Positions 10,429 through 19,963 of a stretch of DNA of 64,000 bases are shown here, one piece after another. The stretch's first letter is position 1; each line of letters starts with the position of its first letter. Where the stretch lies: NCBI GenBank assembly GCA_963752475.1, contig CAVVYR010000029.1:32001-96000 (forward strand), read 5' to 3'. The position numbers and the translations under genes are program-made. The stretch comes from an uncultured Chloroflexia bacterium. GTDB lineage: Bacteria; Chloroflexota; Limnocylindria; Limnocylindrales; CSP1-4. The notes below the pieces were generated by a model, which was not told the origin of the DNA, made no database searches, and saw only the letters and a program-made list of their open reading frames with translations.

Positions 10429-11040
10429 TCAGTCCTGCCAGCAGGCGGGCACGGGTGTCGTCTCGGGTCCGGGCTCCCAGCTCGGATCACGCCAGCCGGC
10501 CACCGTCTCCGACCCACGCTCGATGACGATCTCGCTGGAGGCCGTGACCCAGGCGATGAGCTGCTGGACCTGACGGTCGCTGAGATGGCCCTTCGGCTGC
10601 TTATAGGCGAGCATGAGGCTGGCCGGATCGCCACAGACGTAGCTGCCACCCTCGGTCAGCAGCTCGTCGATGAAGAGCGGATCGAGATAGCCGCCGCCAG
10701 GCTCACCGGCCGGCGTCAGAGCCTCGAAGAGCTTGGCCTGATCGTTGAGGGTGGGACCAGTCCCGCCCTGGCCGTCGGGGCCATGACACGCCGCGCAGTT
10801 GATCTGGTACAGGCCGAAGCCACGCGCGACGTCGGTGACGAGCTGGGCCTCGGCCGAACCGTCGTCGACCGGCGTCGGCGTGCGCGTGGCCGATGCGGAT
10901 GCGGTCGCTTGGGATGGGCTGGGCGGGTCGGTGGCTGTGAGCGGAGCGGAAGACCAGTCACTGCCCGTCTCGCTGGTGCATGCCACGGCCACCATGGGCA
11001 ACACGAGCAGCGCGACCCAGACCAACGGCTGAGTCCTCAC
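10429..11040 (-). CDS. Monoheme cytochrome c lipoprotein
   Basis: Lipobox-like VAVAC, S/T/P linker, CAACH heme motif, distal Met (SLM). Start uncertain. Confidence 0.85.
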   Translation of the reverse strand: MRTQPLVWVALLVLPMVAVACTSETGSDWSSAPLTATDPPSPSQATASASATRTPTPVDDGSAEAQLVTDVARGFGLYQINCAACHGPDGQGGTGPTLNDQAKLFEALTPAGEPGGGYLDPLFIDELLTEGGSYVCGDPASLMLAYKQPKGHLSDRQVQQLIAWVTASSEIVIERGSETVAGWRDPSWEPGPETTPVPACWQD

Positions 11041-11233
11041 TACTGGCCCTGATCCTGGGTAACGACGCTTCGCTCCACGATGCACCACCCCCCGTTCGTG
11101 CGTTCGCTCTACCCATGGTGCCACGCACGGAGGCGTACGGACCCGGATGTGCCGCGACTGACTCCTCCGCTGGGGATGGTGGGCAGCGCCAGGCCACCGC
11201 TACGCCAGCGGCACCCGGCGTGAGGCACTTGCC

Positions 11234-12208
11234 CTAGGGCAGCAACACCGTCGATCCGGTGGTCTTTCGAGCCTCGAGGTCTCGATGTGCCCGCGCCGCA
11301 TCGGCCAGCGGGTAGGTCTGGTTGATCTCGATCTTGACCGAGCCGTCCTCGATGGCCTCGAAGAGCTCGTTCGAGCCGGCCACGAGGTCCTCGCGCTCGG
11401 CGGTGTAGTCCATGAGCGTCGGTCGGGTCAGGTAGAGCGAACCCCTGGCCGCGAGTTCGACGGGCGCGAACGGCGGTACCGCCCCCGAGGCGTTGCCGAA
11501 GCTGACCATCGTGCCGAAGCGCTCAAGACTGTCGAGTGACGCATCCCAGGTGTCCGCCCCGACTCCGTCGTAGACCACGGGCACGCCGACCCCATCGGTC
11601 AACTCGCGAACGCGTGCGGCCACTTCTTCGCGGCGATAGTCGATGACGTGGTCGCAACCATGCGCCCGCGCGAGCCCAGCCTTCTCCTCGCTCCCAGCGG
11701 TGCCGATGACGGTCGCGCCCAGGCTCTTGGCCCACTGGCAGGCGATGAGCCCAACGCCACCGGCAGCGGCGTGGAAGAGGATGGTCTCCCCGGCCTCGAG
11801 GCGGTATGTCCTCCGAAGGAGGTACCAGGCCGTGAGCCCCTTGAGCATCGCGGCTGCCGCGGTGCCCTCGTCGATGGTGGCGGGCAGGCGTACCACTCGG
11901 GCAGCCGGCATCAGCCGCTCCTCGGCGTACGCGCCCAGCGGTCCGGAGGCGTAGGCCACGCGGTCACCCACGGACAGGTCCGCCACCTCCGACCCCACGG
12001 CCTCGACGACGCCGGCAGCCTCCAGGCCGAGTCCGCTCGGCAGTTCGAGCGGGTAGAGCCCACCGCGGTGGTACGTGTCGATGTAGTTGAGGCCCACCGC
12101 GGAGTGCCGGATGCGGACCTCGGCGGGACCGGGATCACCGACGTCGACCGTCTCCCAGTTGAGGACCTCGGGGCCACCGGTGGCGTGGATGCGAACGGCG
12201 TTGCTCAT
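11234..12208 (-). CDS. qor: NADPH:quinone oxidoreductase (zeta-crystallin family)
   Basis: GLNYIDTY, HAAAGGVG, VVYDGVG, GSLYLTRPTL and RKTTGS motifs. Confidence 0.95.
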   Translation of the reverse strand: MSNAVRIHATGGPEVLNWETVDVGDPGPAEVRIRHSAVGLNYIDTYHRGGLYPLELPSGLGLEAAGVVEAVGSEVADLSVGDRVAYASGPLGAYAEERLMPAARVVRLPATIDEGTAAAAMLKGLTAWYLLRRTYRLEAGETILFHAAAGGVGLIACQWAKSLGATVIGTAGSEEKAGLARAHGCDHVIDYRREEVAARVRELTDGVGVPVVYDGVGADTWDASLDSLERFGTMVSFGNASGAVPPFAPVELAARGSLYLTRPTLMDYTAEREDLVAGSNELFEAIEDGSVKIEINQTYPLADAARAHRDLEARKTTGSTVLLP

Positions 12209-12235
12209 GACCCCAGTCTACCTGCCGGTCGGGGC

Positions 12236-12277
12236 TTGACTAACGAAACGCGCCGTATCATAATGAATTACGAAACG
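12236..12277 (+). promoter_or_regulatory. Sigma70-type promoter TTGACT-17-CATAAT with an ACGAAACG direct repeat
   Basis: -35 at 12236-12241, -10 at 12259-12264; ACGAAACG at 12243-12250 and 12270-12277. Confidence 0.7.
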
Positions 12278-12307
12278 AGCCGACTAGTAATTGATAGGAG
12301 TCACGAC

Positions 12308-12583
12308 GTGGCCTTCCCCACCACCGCCGAGCAGGACCTCACCACCCGCGAGCTGAACGCCCGTGAGCACGCCCGTGCCGTCGACCTCATCGAGTCGGCC
12401 GAGCGCAGCGCTCCCTACTGCCTCTGTGGCGCCCACATGTTGGCCGTCGCCGACGAAAGCGATGCCGTCTGGCTGGAGTGCTCCGAGCGCGGCCGCGAGC
12501 GCAACGCCCTCAGCGCTCTCTACGCCAAGCTCACCGGCTGGACCCACACCCGACGCATGATCATGGACCAGCCGGGCCGGTAG
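12308..12583 (+). CDS. Small hypothetical protein with Cys/His motif (CLCG...WLECS...HT), possibly Zn-binding
   Basis: AGGAG RBS plus GTG start, own promoter and terminator, GC3-biased codons. Confidence 0.8.
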   Translation: MAFPTTAEQDLTTRELNAREHARAVDLIESAERSAPYCLCGAHMLAVADESDAVWLECSERGRERNALSALYAKLTGWTHTRRMIMDQPGR

Positions 12584-12608
12584 CTAACGCTCCCTCCCCC
12601 GCCAGGCA

Positions 12609-12636
12609 CGACCCGCCTTCGACCCAAGGCGGGTCG
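12609..12636. terminator. Hairpin cgacccgcctt-N6-aaggcgggtcg
   Basis: Perfect 11-bp stem 25 nt after the stop codon. Confidence 0.7.
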
Positions 12637-12835
12637 CTCGATTCCCGGTGCCCGCCACACGTCCGGGCTTCGTGACTGTCCTTCGCCGTGAGCCCGCACC
12701 GTAGACCTCGCGCAGACGGTCGATCGCCTCCAAGAACGCCAGCCGAGCCGAGCGGGTCACGGGCCCCTCCGTGGCTCGCTCATCCTGTGACCGATGGACC
12801 GTGCACGACGGCGCGCGAAAGGGAATCATCGGAGC

Positions 12836-13210
12836 GTGAAGACCGACGACTCGGGCTGGAGGGCGCTGCCTGCGCCGGCGCTGGCCTTTCGACTGTTGCA
12901 CATCACATGGGGCATCGTGGCCATGGGCGCGTTGGCCAACGTCTGGATGCATGCCGCGCGCCGCACCCGGAGCCGACTACTGTGGGCAGGGGTCGCGATG
13001 CTCGTTTCGCAAGCTGCGGGTCTGGTCATCGGCCGAGGCGACTGCCCGCTCGGGCCGTTCCAACGCAGACTCGGTGACCCGGTCCCGATGTTCGAGTTGG
13101 CCCTGCCGCCGCGCGCAGCCAAGGCCTCCATCCCCACGCTCTTCGTGATCGGCGTTGCCGGCCTGGTCCTCCTTCTGATGCGCCCACCGATGAAGGCGCG
13201 ACCGACCTAG
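12836..13210 (+). CDS. Small membrane protein (DUF2784-like, CPL motif)
   Basis: Three hydrophobic segments and GRGDCPLG. Confidence 0.7.
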   Translation: MKTDDSGWRALPAPALAFRLLHITWGIVAMGALANVWMHAARRTRSRLLWAGVAMLVSQAAGLVIGRGDCPLGPFQRRLGDPVPMFELALPPRAAKASIPTLFVIGVAGLVLLLMRPPMKARPT

Positions 13211-13761
13211 CCTTCGGTCGGCTCCATCATCTCGAGCAGCTTCGTGGTGGTGTTCCAGTTGCGGATGGTCATGCGCTGGTAGAACGGGTGCGAGGCGATC
13301 TTCGAGAGCCCGCTCTTGGATGCCAATGCGGCCTTGCGGCTGACGTAGACGACACCCGGGCCGGGCCACGCGTCGTCGACGCCATCGCGCAACTTCAGGA
13401 CCTCGAGCACCTCCTCGGACGTCAGTGGCGGCAACAGGAAGAGCACGTCGTAGCGGTAGGTGTCCCTGTCCGTGCCGAAGCCCGACGGGGCAGCGTCGAC
13501 CACGGCCTCCAGCTCGGACCGATCCCGCAACTCCACCGTCGCGGCGTAGTCGAAGGCCTCGGCCAACAGCCGCTCGAGTGCTCCCCGGAGAGCCTCGCGA
13601 TCACGTTCGCCGGACCCGAAGACGACGTTGCCGCTCTGGATGTACGTGCGCACATCGTCGTAGCCGGCATCCTTGAAGCAGACCCGCAGATCGGCCATCA
13701 GGATGCGGTTCCGCCCACCGACGTTGATCCCGCGCAGCAATGCCACGTGCCTCGTCCTCAT
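13207..13761 (-). CDS. DUF1697 family protein
   Basis: VALLRGINVGG, VRTYIQSGNVVF and TIRNWNT motifs. Confidence 0.93.
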   Translation of the reverse strand: MRTRHVALLRGINVGGRNRILMADLRVCFKDAGYDDVRTYIQSGNVVFGSGERDREALRGALERLLAEAFDYAATVELRDRSELEAVVDAAPSGFGTDRDTYRYDVLFLLPPLTSEEVLEVLKLRDGVDDAWPGPGVVYVSRKAALASKSGLSKIASHPFYQRMTIRNWNTTTKLLEMMEPTEG

Positions 13762-13852
13762 CGCCGCAGGATAGACGGGTGACTCATCGGCAGCATCGGC
13801 TGGGACCATCGACGGGTGTCCGGTCGCGGTCGGCGCTCGTACCGTTCCGGCC

Positions 13853-14368
13853 ATGGATACACGCACGCTTGGCTACGTCGGCCTTGGCGTCCTCGCCGGC
13901 ATCGTCGTGGCGACACTCATCGGCATCTCACCGGTCATCTGGATCGCGGCCGCGATCGTGGCTCTCGTCGGCACCGCGGCCATTCTGATGGCCCGATCCG
14001 ACGGCTCGAACGACGCCGCTCGCATGCTCGCCCACGAGGCACCAGCGACCCCGGCACCGCTGCCCGCACGCACATCCGATGTCGAGATGGAGCTCGTGAG
14101 TGAGGCTGACGCGTCGGTCGACACGCCCGCCGTCTGGCTCCACCGCCGTGGCGGCCGTCGGGTGCACCGCTTCGAAACCCCCGATGGCTGGGTCGTCGAG
14201 CGCGTCTCGACCAAGGATCCCGACAACCCCAGGAAGCGCGTCATCGGTGATCCGTTGACGCTCACGAGCGAGGCCGACGCCATCACCGCCGCCGACGAAC
14301 TGGCCCAGGGACAGGCCCCGACGACGCCCGTTCTCGACCGGCCCGTTCTCGTCGCAGCCGAGGCCTAG
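13853..14368 (+). CDS. Hypothetical membrane-anchored protein
   Basis: Two N-terminal TM helices and a soluble C-terminal domain; coding-like codon bias. Confidence 0.75.
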   Translation: MDTRTLGYVGLGVLAGIVVATLIGISPVIWIAAAIVALVGTAAILMARSDGSNDAARMLAHEAPATPAPLPARTSDVEMELVSEADASVDTPAVWLHRRGGRRVHRFETPDGWVVERVSTKDPDNPRKRVIGDPLTLTSEADAITAADELAQGQAPTTPVLDRPVLVAAEA

Positions 14369-14375
14369 ACGCGCC

Positions 14376-15371
14376 CTACGGCCACGGCCACGTCGAGATC
14401 CAGCGCGCCAGCACGAGCGAGAGGCCGTACAACGCCGCGACGGCGATGACCCCGAGGGCGGTCGTCACCCGCCGGCTGCGTCCGCTCGGGTAGAGCCACC
14501 AGCCGAAGATCCGGTCGGCAGCCGGCACCAGGACCCATCCGAGCGCCGCGACCGAAGCGATGTTGGCCAGGAACAGCGCCAGCCAGAATGGCACGCCGTT
14601 GCCCACCAACAGCGGGTCCTGCACGAAGAACGCGGTCAGGAAGACCATCGGGTAGAGCACCAGCAGCACCAGCATGTTGCGTTTCCAGGCCGGCGCCGCG
14701 CTTCCCTCCCCGCCGGTGTTGAACCAGGCGTCGAGCTCGTTGCGCACGATATGGACGCGGGCACGCTCATCGAAGGAGGCGCCGTCGGCGAGCAACTCGG
14801 CCCGCTCCCGGGATGAGAGCCAGGCACGCATGTGGGCATCGGTGTCGTAGCTGAGGATGGCGATCCAGTCGTCCTGGATGCCGGTGATCGGGGGCTCGAC
14901 CTGGTAGCTGATGAAGCCCTCGAAGGCCGCCTGGGCCGCGGCCACACGCGTCGACCAGTCGAGGAACTCGTCCTCGTGGCCGGGGTCGACGCGCGTCGTG
15001 AACAGCGCCGAGACGACGCCGCGGCGCCGGGGATCAGAGGTGTAGAGATGGATGTCGACCTCTCCGGTCGCGACCGACTCGACCTCAGCGAGCAGCTGTC
15101 GATGCTCCTCGGAGTGGACCCACGAGCTCGCTGCCGCGCGGTCGACGAAGCGGTGCACCAGGACCCAGTCCTCGTCGAAGCCCGGGGTCGGGCGCGTGAG
15201 GTCGTAGTCGATGTGGCCCTCGCTGACCTGGGCCTGGCCGTTGTAGCGCCGGAGCCACTCCTCGAAGGCCTCGCGCTGGCTGGCTCGCACGTCGACCTGC
15301 GTGACGACGAGCTCGGGCGCACCCGGCTGTGCCATCAGATCCTGCCGGGTCCAGCTTCGGGGTTCGGTCAC
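14376..15371 (-). CDS. Double ABM (antibiotic biosynthesis monooxygenase-like) domain membrane protein
   Basis: Two ABM repeats (W..S.E motifs), then PAWK..MLVLLVLYP and TM helices. Confidence 0.88.
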   Translation of the reverse strand: MTEPRSWTRQDLMAQPGAPELVVTQVDVRASQREAFEEWLRRYNGQAQVSEGHIDYDLTRPTPGFDEDWVLVHRFVDRAAASSWVHSEEHRQLLAEVESVATGEVDIHLYTSDPRRRGVVSALFTTRVDPGHEDEFLDWSTRVAAAQAAFEGFISYQVEPPITGIQDDWIAILSYDTDAHMRAWLSSRERAELLADGASFDERARVHIVRNELDAWFNTGGEGSAAPAWKRNMLVLLVLYPMVFLTAFFVQDPLLVGNGVPFWLALFLANIASVAALGWVLVPAADRIFGWWLYPSGRSRRVTTALGVIAVAALYGLSLVLARWISTWPWP

Positions 15372-15780
15372 CTCGATCGATCACTCACGGGTCAACCGTA
15401 CCTGACGAGAAGGGCCAAATGGACGGCTGCGCAAATCCGGTCGCCGTGCGAGATTCCTCGTGGTCGCATCCTTCTCGAGGGACCGCGAACGATGTCGTCG
15501 TTGCCGGGTCACACCTGGCAAGGGACCGACGGCCAGCCGCACGAAACGGGTCGCCCCAGCCGAACTCCGAGCACATCGAGTCGGGACTCGCGCCGAGCGT
15601 GACTGCTGCAGCCGGACCCATCGCGGACCACCCTCGAACTGCCGTGGGATGAAGACCACCGCCCATAGCCGTGGCCGCACTCGACCGTGACTTCGCCTGC
15701 GCGAAGTGAGAGCGGAGCGGGCACTCGATGTCTCCATGGCCGGGCGGAGGCCAAACACGTACGAGCGATCCGCCTTGCGC

Positions 15781-16665
15781 ATGCCACTCCGCCACCTCCG
15801 ATACCTCGTGCTCGCGGCCCTCGCTGTGGCCATCCTGCTGCCGGCCCCAGCCGGCGCGGCTCTCGATGGCGCCGTCGTCGCGACCGACAAGATGGCCGCT
15901 GCCGAAGCTCGGCTCCTGCGTGAGATCAACGAGATCCGCGCGATGAACGGCCGAGCCCCGCTGCGCCTGGACAAGCGCACCAGCCACGTCGCCCGTTCCC
16001 GCTCGCTGGACATGGCCGCAAAGCGCTACTTCGACCACACCGAGCCTGATGGCGACGAAGCCGAGGACATCCTCGATCGGCGGGACATCGAGGCCAGGGA
16101 GGTGACCGAGAACATCGGCCACACCGTGGGGCTCACGCTCAAGGCCGGGTCGAGCCGGATGGCCGACTGGTGGTATCACTCGCCGCCACACCGCGTGCAG
16201 ATGCTGGCGAACGATGTCAACTACGTGGGCATCGGCATCGCTCGATACGGCAGCCGCTTCACGTACACCGCGATCTTCACGCGTTCACCCGACAAGACCA
16301 GCCCGCGTGTGGCCGTCGAAGCGAAGCGCTGGTACAGCGGCGCTGATGGCACGGAGATCATGCTCGACTGGCATGGCGTCGATCCCAAGCTCGCGACCGG
16401 CACCGCCGGCATCAAGCGGTTCGAGGTCCAGCGCGTCACCCCGCTCGGCGACTGGGCGCGGGTCGAGACCGATCCACGCAAGTCGAAGGTGAAGCTCAAG
16501 ACCCTTGGCGGCGGCGACCAGCACGTACGCGTCCGCGCCATCGACAAAGCCGGCAACAAGGGACCTTGGAAGTACGCCCGATTCGACCTTCCCGATACCC
16601 TGCCGAGCCGTGTGATGGACGCCACCCCGACGCGCACCCCGACCCTCGACACCGACCTGGCCTAG
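15781..16665 (+). CDS. Secreted CAP (SCP-like) domain protein with C-terminal FN3-like domain
   Basis: INEIRA, DMA..YFDH, ENIG, W..SPPHR and VGIG motifs; RVRAIDKAGN at the C-terminus. Confidence 0.88.
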   Translation: MPLRHLRYLVLAALAVAILLPAPAGAALDGAVVATDKMAAAEARLLREINEIRAMNGRAPLRLDKRTSHVARSRSLDMAAKRYFDHTEPDGDEAEDILDRRDIEAREVTENIGHTVGLTLKAGSSRMADWWYHSPPHRVQMLANDVNYVGIGIARYGSRFTYTAIFTRSPDKTSPRVAVEAKRWYSGADGTEIMLDWHGVDPKLATGTAGIKRFEVQRVTPLGDWARVETDPRKSKVKLKTLGGGDQHVRVRAIDKAGNKGPWKYARFDLPDTLPSRVMDATPTRTPTLDTDLA

Positions 16666-16731
16666 CCGGCTCGGCCCCCGCCACCGCCCGCTCGGTGCGA
16701 GACTGGGAGCTCACCGAGAACCGAGGGAGCC

Positions 16732-18111
16732 ATGGCCTACAAGACGATCATCGAGCCGTTCCGTGTCCATACCGTGCAGGCCATCGACCTGCCCGACCGA
16801 GAGGCTCGTGAGGTCGCCCTCGTCCGCGCCGGCTACAACCTCTTCGGGCTCCATGCCGACGAGGTCATCATCGACCTGCTGACTGACTCGGGCACGGGCG
16901 CGATGTCCACCCGGCAGTGGTCCGGGATGATGCTGGGCGACGAGTCGTATGCCGGCTCCCGCTCGTTCTACCGCTTCGAGGAGGTCGTGCGCGACCTCAC
17001 CGGCTACACCGAGATCATCCCCACCCACCAGGGCCGCGCGGCCGAGAAGATCCTCTTCAGTGTGGCCGTCGACGACGGCGACCTGGTGCCCAACAACACG
17101 CACTTCGACACCACCCGCGCCAACGTCGAGTACCAGGGCGCGACGGCCTTCGACTGCGTCTGCGCCGAGGGCCAGGACCCGTCGCTCGAAGCGCCCTTCA
17201 AGGGCAACGTCGACATCGCACGGCTGCGTGCCACGATCGAGGAGCGCGGGGTCGAGAAGGTGCCGCTGGTGATGGTCACGGTGACCAACAACTCGGGCGG
17301 TGGGCAGCCGGTGTCGATGGCCAACCTGCGCGAGGTACGGGCGGTCTGCGACGAGTTCGGCATCCCCATGTTCCTCGACGCCTGCCGCTTCGCCGAGAAC
17401 GCCTGGTTCATCAAGATGCGCGAGGATGGCTACGCGGACGCGACGCCCAAGGAGATCGCGCAGGAGATGTTCTCCATCGCCGATGGCTGCACGGTCTCGG
17501 CGAAGAAGGACGGCATGGCCAACATCGGCGGGTTCCTGGCGCTCAACGATCGGGAGTGGGCGCTGCAGGCGCGCAACCTGCTCATCCTTACCGAGGGCTT
17601 CCCGACCTACGGCGGCCTTGCCGGCTACGACCTCGAGGCCATCGCCACGGGCCTGGAGGAGGTACTCGACGAGAACTACCTGCACTACCGCATCCGTTCG
17701 ACCGAGTACCTCGCGGACACCGTGCACCAGGCGGGCATCCCGACCGTGCGCCCTGCCGGCGGCCACGCCGTCTACCTCGACGCGGCGGCGTTGCTGCCGC
17801 ATATCCCGGCGCACGAGTACCCCGCCCAGGCGCTGGCCGTCGAACTCTATCGAGCGGGTGGCGTGCGTGGTGTCGAGATCGGCACGGTCATGTTCGGCCG
17901 AGCCCGTGAGGGCGAGCCCGACGAGCCAGCGACCATGGAGCTCGTGCGCCTGGCCATCCCGCGGCGGATGTACACGCAGAGCCACATCGACTACGTGGGC
18001 GAGGTCATCATCGACGTCGCCTCACGTGCCGCCGACATGCGCGGCTACCGCATCGTCGAACAGGCGCCCTGGCTGCGCCACTTCACCGCCCGCCTGGAAC
18101 CGCTCGGCTAG
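16732..18111 (+). CDS. tnaA: Tryptophanase (beta-eliminating lyase)
   Basis: IDLLTDSGT, THQGRAAE, SAKKD (PLP Lys) and RLAIPRR motifs. C-terminal LRHFTA has His as in tryptophanase, not Phe as in tyrosine phenol-lyase. Confidence 0.92.
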   Translation: MAYKTIIEPFRVHTVQAIDLPDREAREVALVRAGYNLFGLHADEVIIDLLTDSGTGAMSTRQWSGMMLGDESYAGSRSFYRFEEVVRDLTGYTEIIPTHQGRAAEKILFSVAVDDGDLVPNNTHFDTTRANVEYQGATAFDCVCAEGQDPSLEAPFKGNVDIARLRATIEERGVEKVPLVMVTVTNNSGGGQPVSMANLREVRAVCDEFGIPMFLDACRFAENAWFIKMREDGYADATPKEIAQEMFSIADGCTVSAKKDGMANIGGFLALNDREWALQARNLLILTEGFPTYGGLAGYDLEAIATGLEEVLDENYLHYRIRSTEYLADTVHQAGIPTVRPAGGHAVYLDAAALLPHIPAHEYPAQALAVELYRAGGVRGVEIGTVMFGRAREGEPDEPATMELVRLAIPRRMYTQSHIDYVGEVIIDVASRAADMRGYRIVEQAPWLRHFTARLEPLG

Positions 18112-18250
18112 GGCACGGGCTGCGGGCCCAGGAGGCGGGGACGACCGTGGTGCGGCTCGCCGACGGTGGTGCATCACGGGGGGTCGTGCCCGGTCGACCG
18201 GTCAGGGGTCGCACTCGGTCGACCGAGGAGCGGCCTGCCCGAGGTGCCGC

Positions 18251-18434
18251 TGTGGACAGATGTCGTCGGAGTCGACCGTAGTCACCCTCGTAGCCACCGA
18301 TCCGGGGTCCGCGGGACGACCGGCTACCAGCCCTGAGCGTGGCAGGGCATAACCGACGCCGGATGCGAGTGGCGCGGAGGCGCGAGCTGGTCGTGGCGTG
18401 CGACTACGGTCGACTCCCACGACGGTTGACCACC
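18251..18434. mobile_element. 184-bp MITE/REP-like element with ~33-bp imperfect terminal inverted repeats, copy 1
   Basis: Left arm tgtggacagatgtcgtcggagtcgaccgtagtc; right arm gactacggtcgactcccacgac...; colinear with the copy at 29302. Confidence 0.7.
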
Positions 18435-18650
18435 GGAACCGGCCCGATGGGCCGATAGCGTCGATGGGGGCGACGACCGGCCACGAGCGGCTGCTAGCGT
18501 CGACGGTTGACCACCGGAACCGGCCCGATGGGCCGATAGCGTCGATGGGGGCGACGACCGGCCGGATGGGCCGCTGGCGTCGACGGGGGCGACGACCGGC
18601 CACGAGCGGCTGCTGGCGTCGATGGGGACGACGGGGGCGACGACCGGCTA
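18420..18650. repeat. Tandem repeat array (81-bp period built from ~39-bp subunits)
   Basis: 18420-18482 is identical to 18501-18563. The core t(a/g)gcgtcga(c/t)gg recurs at 18456, 18495, 18537, 18575 and 18614. Confidence 0.88.
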
Positions 18651-18745
18651 CGATCCAGCCGGCCCCCCGGGCGCCGAGAGAAGCGACGCTAGGCGGCCGA
18701 ATGCCCCGATGCGGACGAGGTCCCGGGGCAGTCCGGCCGTTGAGC

Positions 18746-19963
18746 CTACGGCAGGGCCGCGATGGCCTCCTCGACCTTCTCGCGCTCACCGAGCGGGTCG
18801 CTGATGACCCAGATCGTGTCGGCGCTACCGAAGATGTACTGGAGGTTGTCACCATAGTCGAGCGTGGTGACCGTCTTGCCCGCGATCTCCTCCTCACCGA
18901 ACTCGACACCGGTGAGAGCTGCGGCCACCGGATCGACGTCCTGGAGCGCATCCTCCGTCTCGGTGTCCTCGCTGATCTCGGGTGGTCGGATGAGGAAGAT
19001 GTCCTCGAGCAGCCGCTGGGTCAGTTCCTCGCCACCCTCGGGCAGGCGATAGCCCTCGATCTGGACGCCGTCGGCGGTTGCCTCGAGACCCCACCAGGTG
19101 ATGACGCCCAGCATCTCGGAGGGCGCGATGCCCGCATCGAGGTAGAGGTCCAGGAGCCAGTCCTCGATACCGTCGCCCAGGCGCTCGCCAAGGGTCGGCA
19201 GGAACAGCGGCTCGGTGGATTCGTACAGGCCGATACGACGCTGGCCGGCCAGCGAGAGCGGGACATCGGTGAAGAGCGTGTCAGCGGAGGACTCGCCTAC
19301 GGGGGCGGCGTCCGGCAACTGGTCAAGCGCGTCCCACACGTATTCGTTGCCACCCTGGATGAACCAGGCTGTGTCGTCGTTGAGGTAGATCGTACGGGGA
19401 TAGACGCCGGGCATCGCCGAGTCGGTCACACGGAGCGTCCACTTGGTGCTCAGGGGGCGCATGATCAGGCCTGGTTCGATGACGTCGCCGACGAACACGT
19501 CGACCGCGCCTTCGACCCACTCGCGGGCATCGGTCCCCGCGATGCGCAGGGCCAGCACGACGCCAGGCTCGCCGGGGATCTCCTCACCGGTGAGCTCGTC
19601 GAATGACACCTGCTCGTACATGGCGGTCTTGACGCTGACATCCTCGATGGCTGCGCCGGCCGCGTCCACCAGACCCTGCACGCCTTCGACGAAGGCAGGG
19701 TCGCCATCCTCGCCGGAGAACAGCTCCAGCCATTCGGCACCGCTGTAGGTCTCGGGGGACAGTAGCTGGCCGCCGAGCATGACCGGGAAGGCGACTCCTC
19801 CCTCCACAGCGGCTTCCGTGGCGGGCAGCTCCTGGTCGGCGACCGGGCTCTCCTCGGCGTCCTGGGCCATGGCCGGTAGTGGCAGGGTCAACGCGAAGGC
19901 CGCGGCCAGCGCGATGGCGAGAGGTCGGCCGCGACCGCTACGCGAGGTATTCGGGTTGCTCAA
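18746..19963 (-). CDS. Secreted acidic hypothetical protein with two tandem copies of an unknown domain
   Basis: GAGGAGG RBS plus TTG, signal peptide ending AMAQD. Repeats start FPVMLGGQ / VPLSLAGQ and end WDALDQLP / EEAIAALP. Confidence 0.8.
   Translation of the reverse strand: MSNPNTSRSGRGRPLAIALAAAFALTLPLPAMAQDAEESPVADQELPATEAAVEGGVAFPVMLGGQLLSPETYSGAEWLELFSGEDGDPAFVEGVQGLVDAAGAAIEDVSVKTAMYEQVSFDELTGEEIPGEPGVVLALRIAGTDAREWVEGAVDVFVGDVIEPGLIMRPLSTKWTLRVTDSAMPGVYPRTIYLNDDTAWFIQGGNEYVWDALDQLPDAAPVGESSADTLFTDVPLSLAGQRRIGLYESTEPLFLPTLGERLGDGIEDWLLDLYLDAGIAPSEMLGVITWWGLEATADGVQIEGYRLPEGGEELTQRLLEDIFLIRPPEISEDTETEDALQDVDPVAAALTGVEFGEEEIAGKTVTTLDYGDNLQYIFGSADTIWVISDPLGEREKVEEAIAALP

Noticed and set aside
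12584-12760. 58-aa minus-strand ORF with a GGAGG RBS
   Set aside because: It runs through the terminator hairpin and its C-terminal half is low-complexity; too weak to call.
15372-15780. Long leader before the CAP-domain gene as a possible c-di-AMP or other riboswitch
   Set aside because: I could not find the conserved ydaO, c-di-GMP, SAM, TPP or cobalamin motifs by eye; an Infernal/Rfam scan would be needed.
18420-18650. Possible CRISPR or mini-array
   Set aside because: The linkers are short and reused rather than unique, the repeats are degenerate, and no cas genes are in the window; tandem duplication explains it better.
18202-19606. Long ORFs across the repeat region (18202-18951 minus, 18398-19606 plus)
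   Set aside because: They are Arg/Pro-rich translations of repeats or antisense to the real secreted-protein gene.
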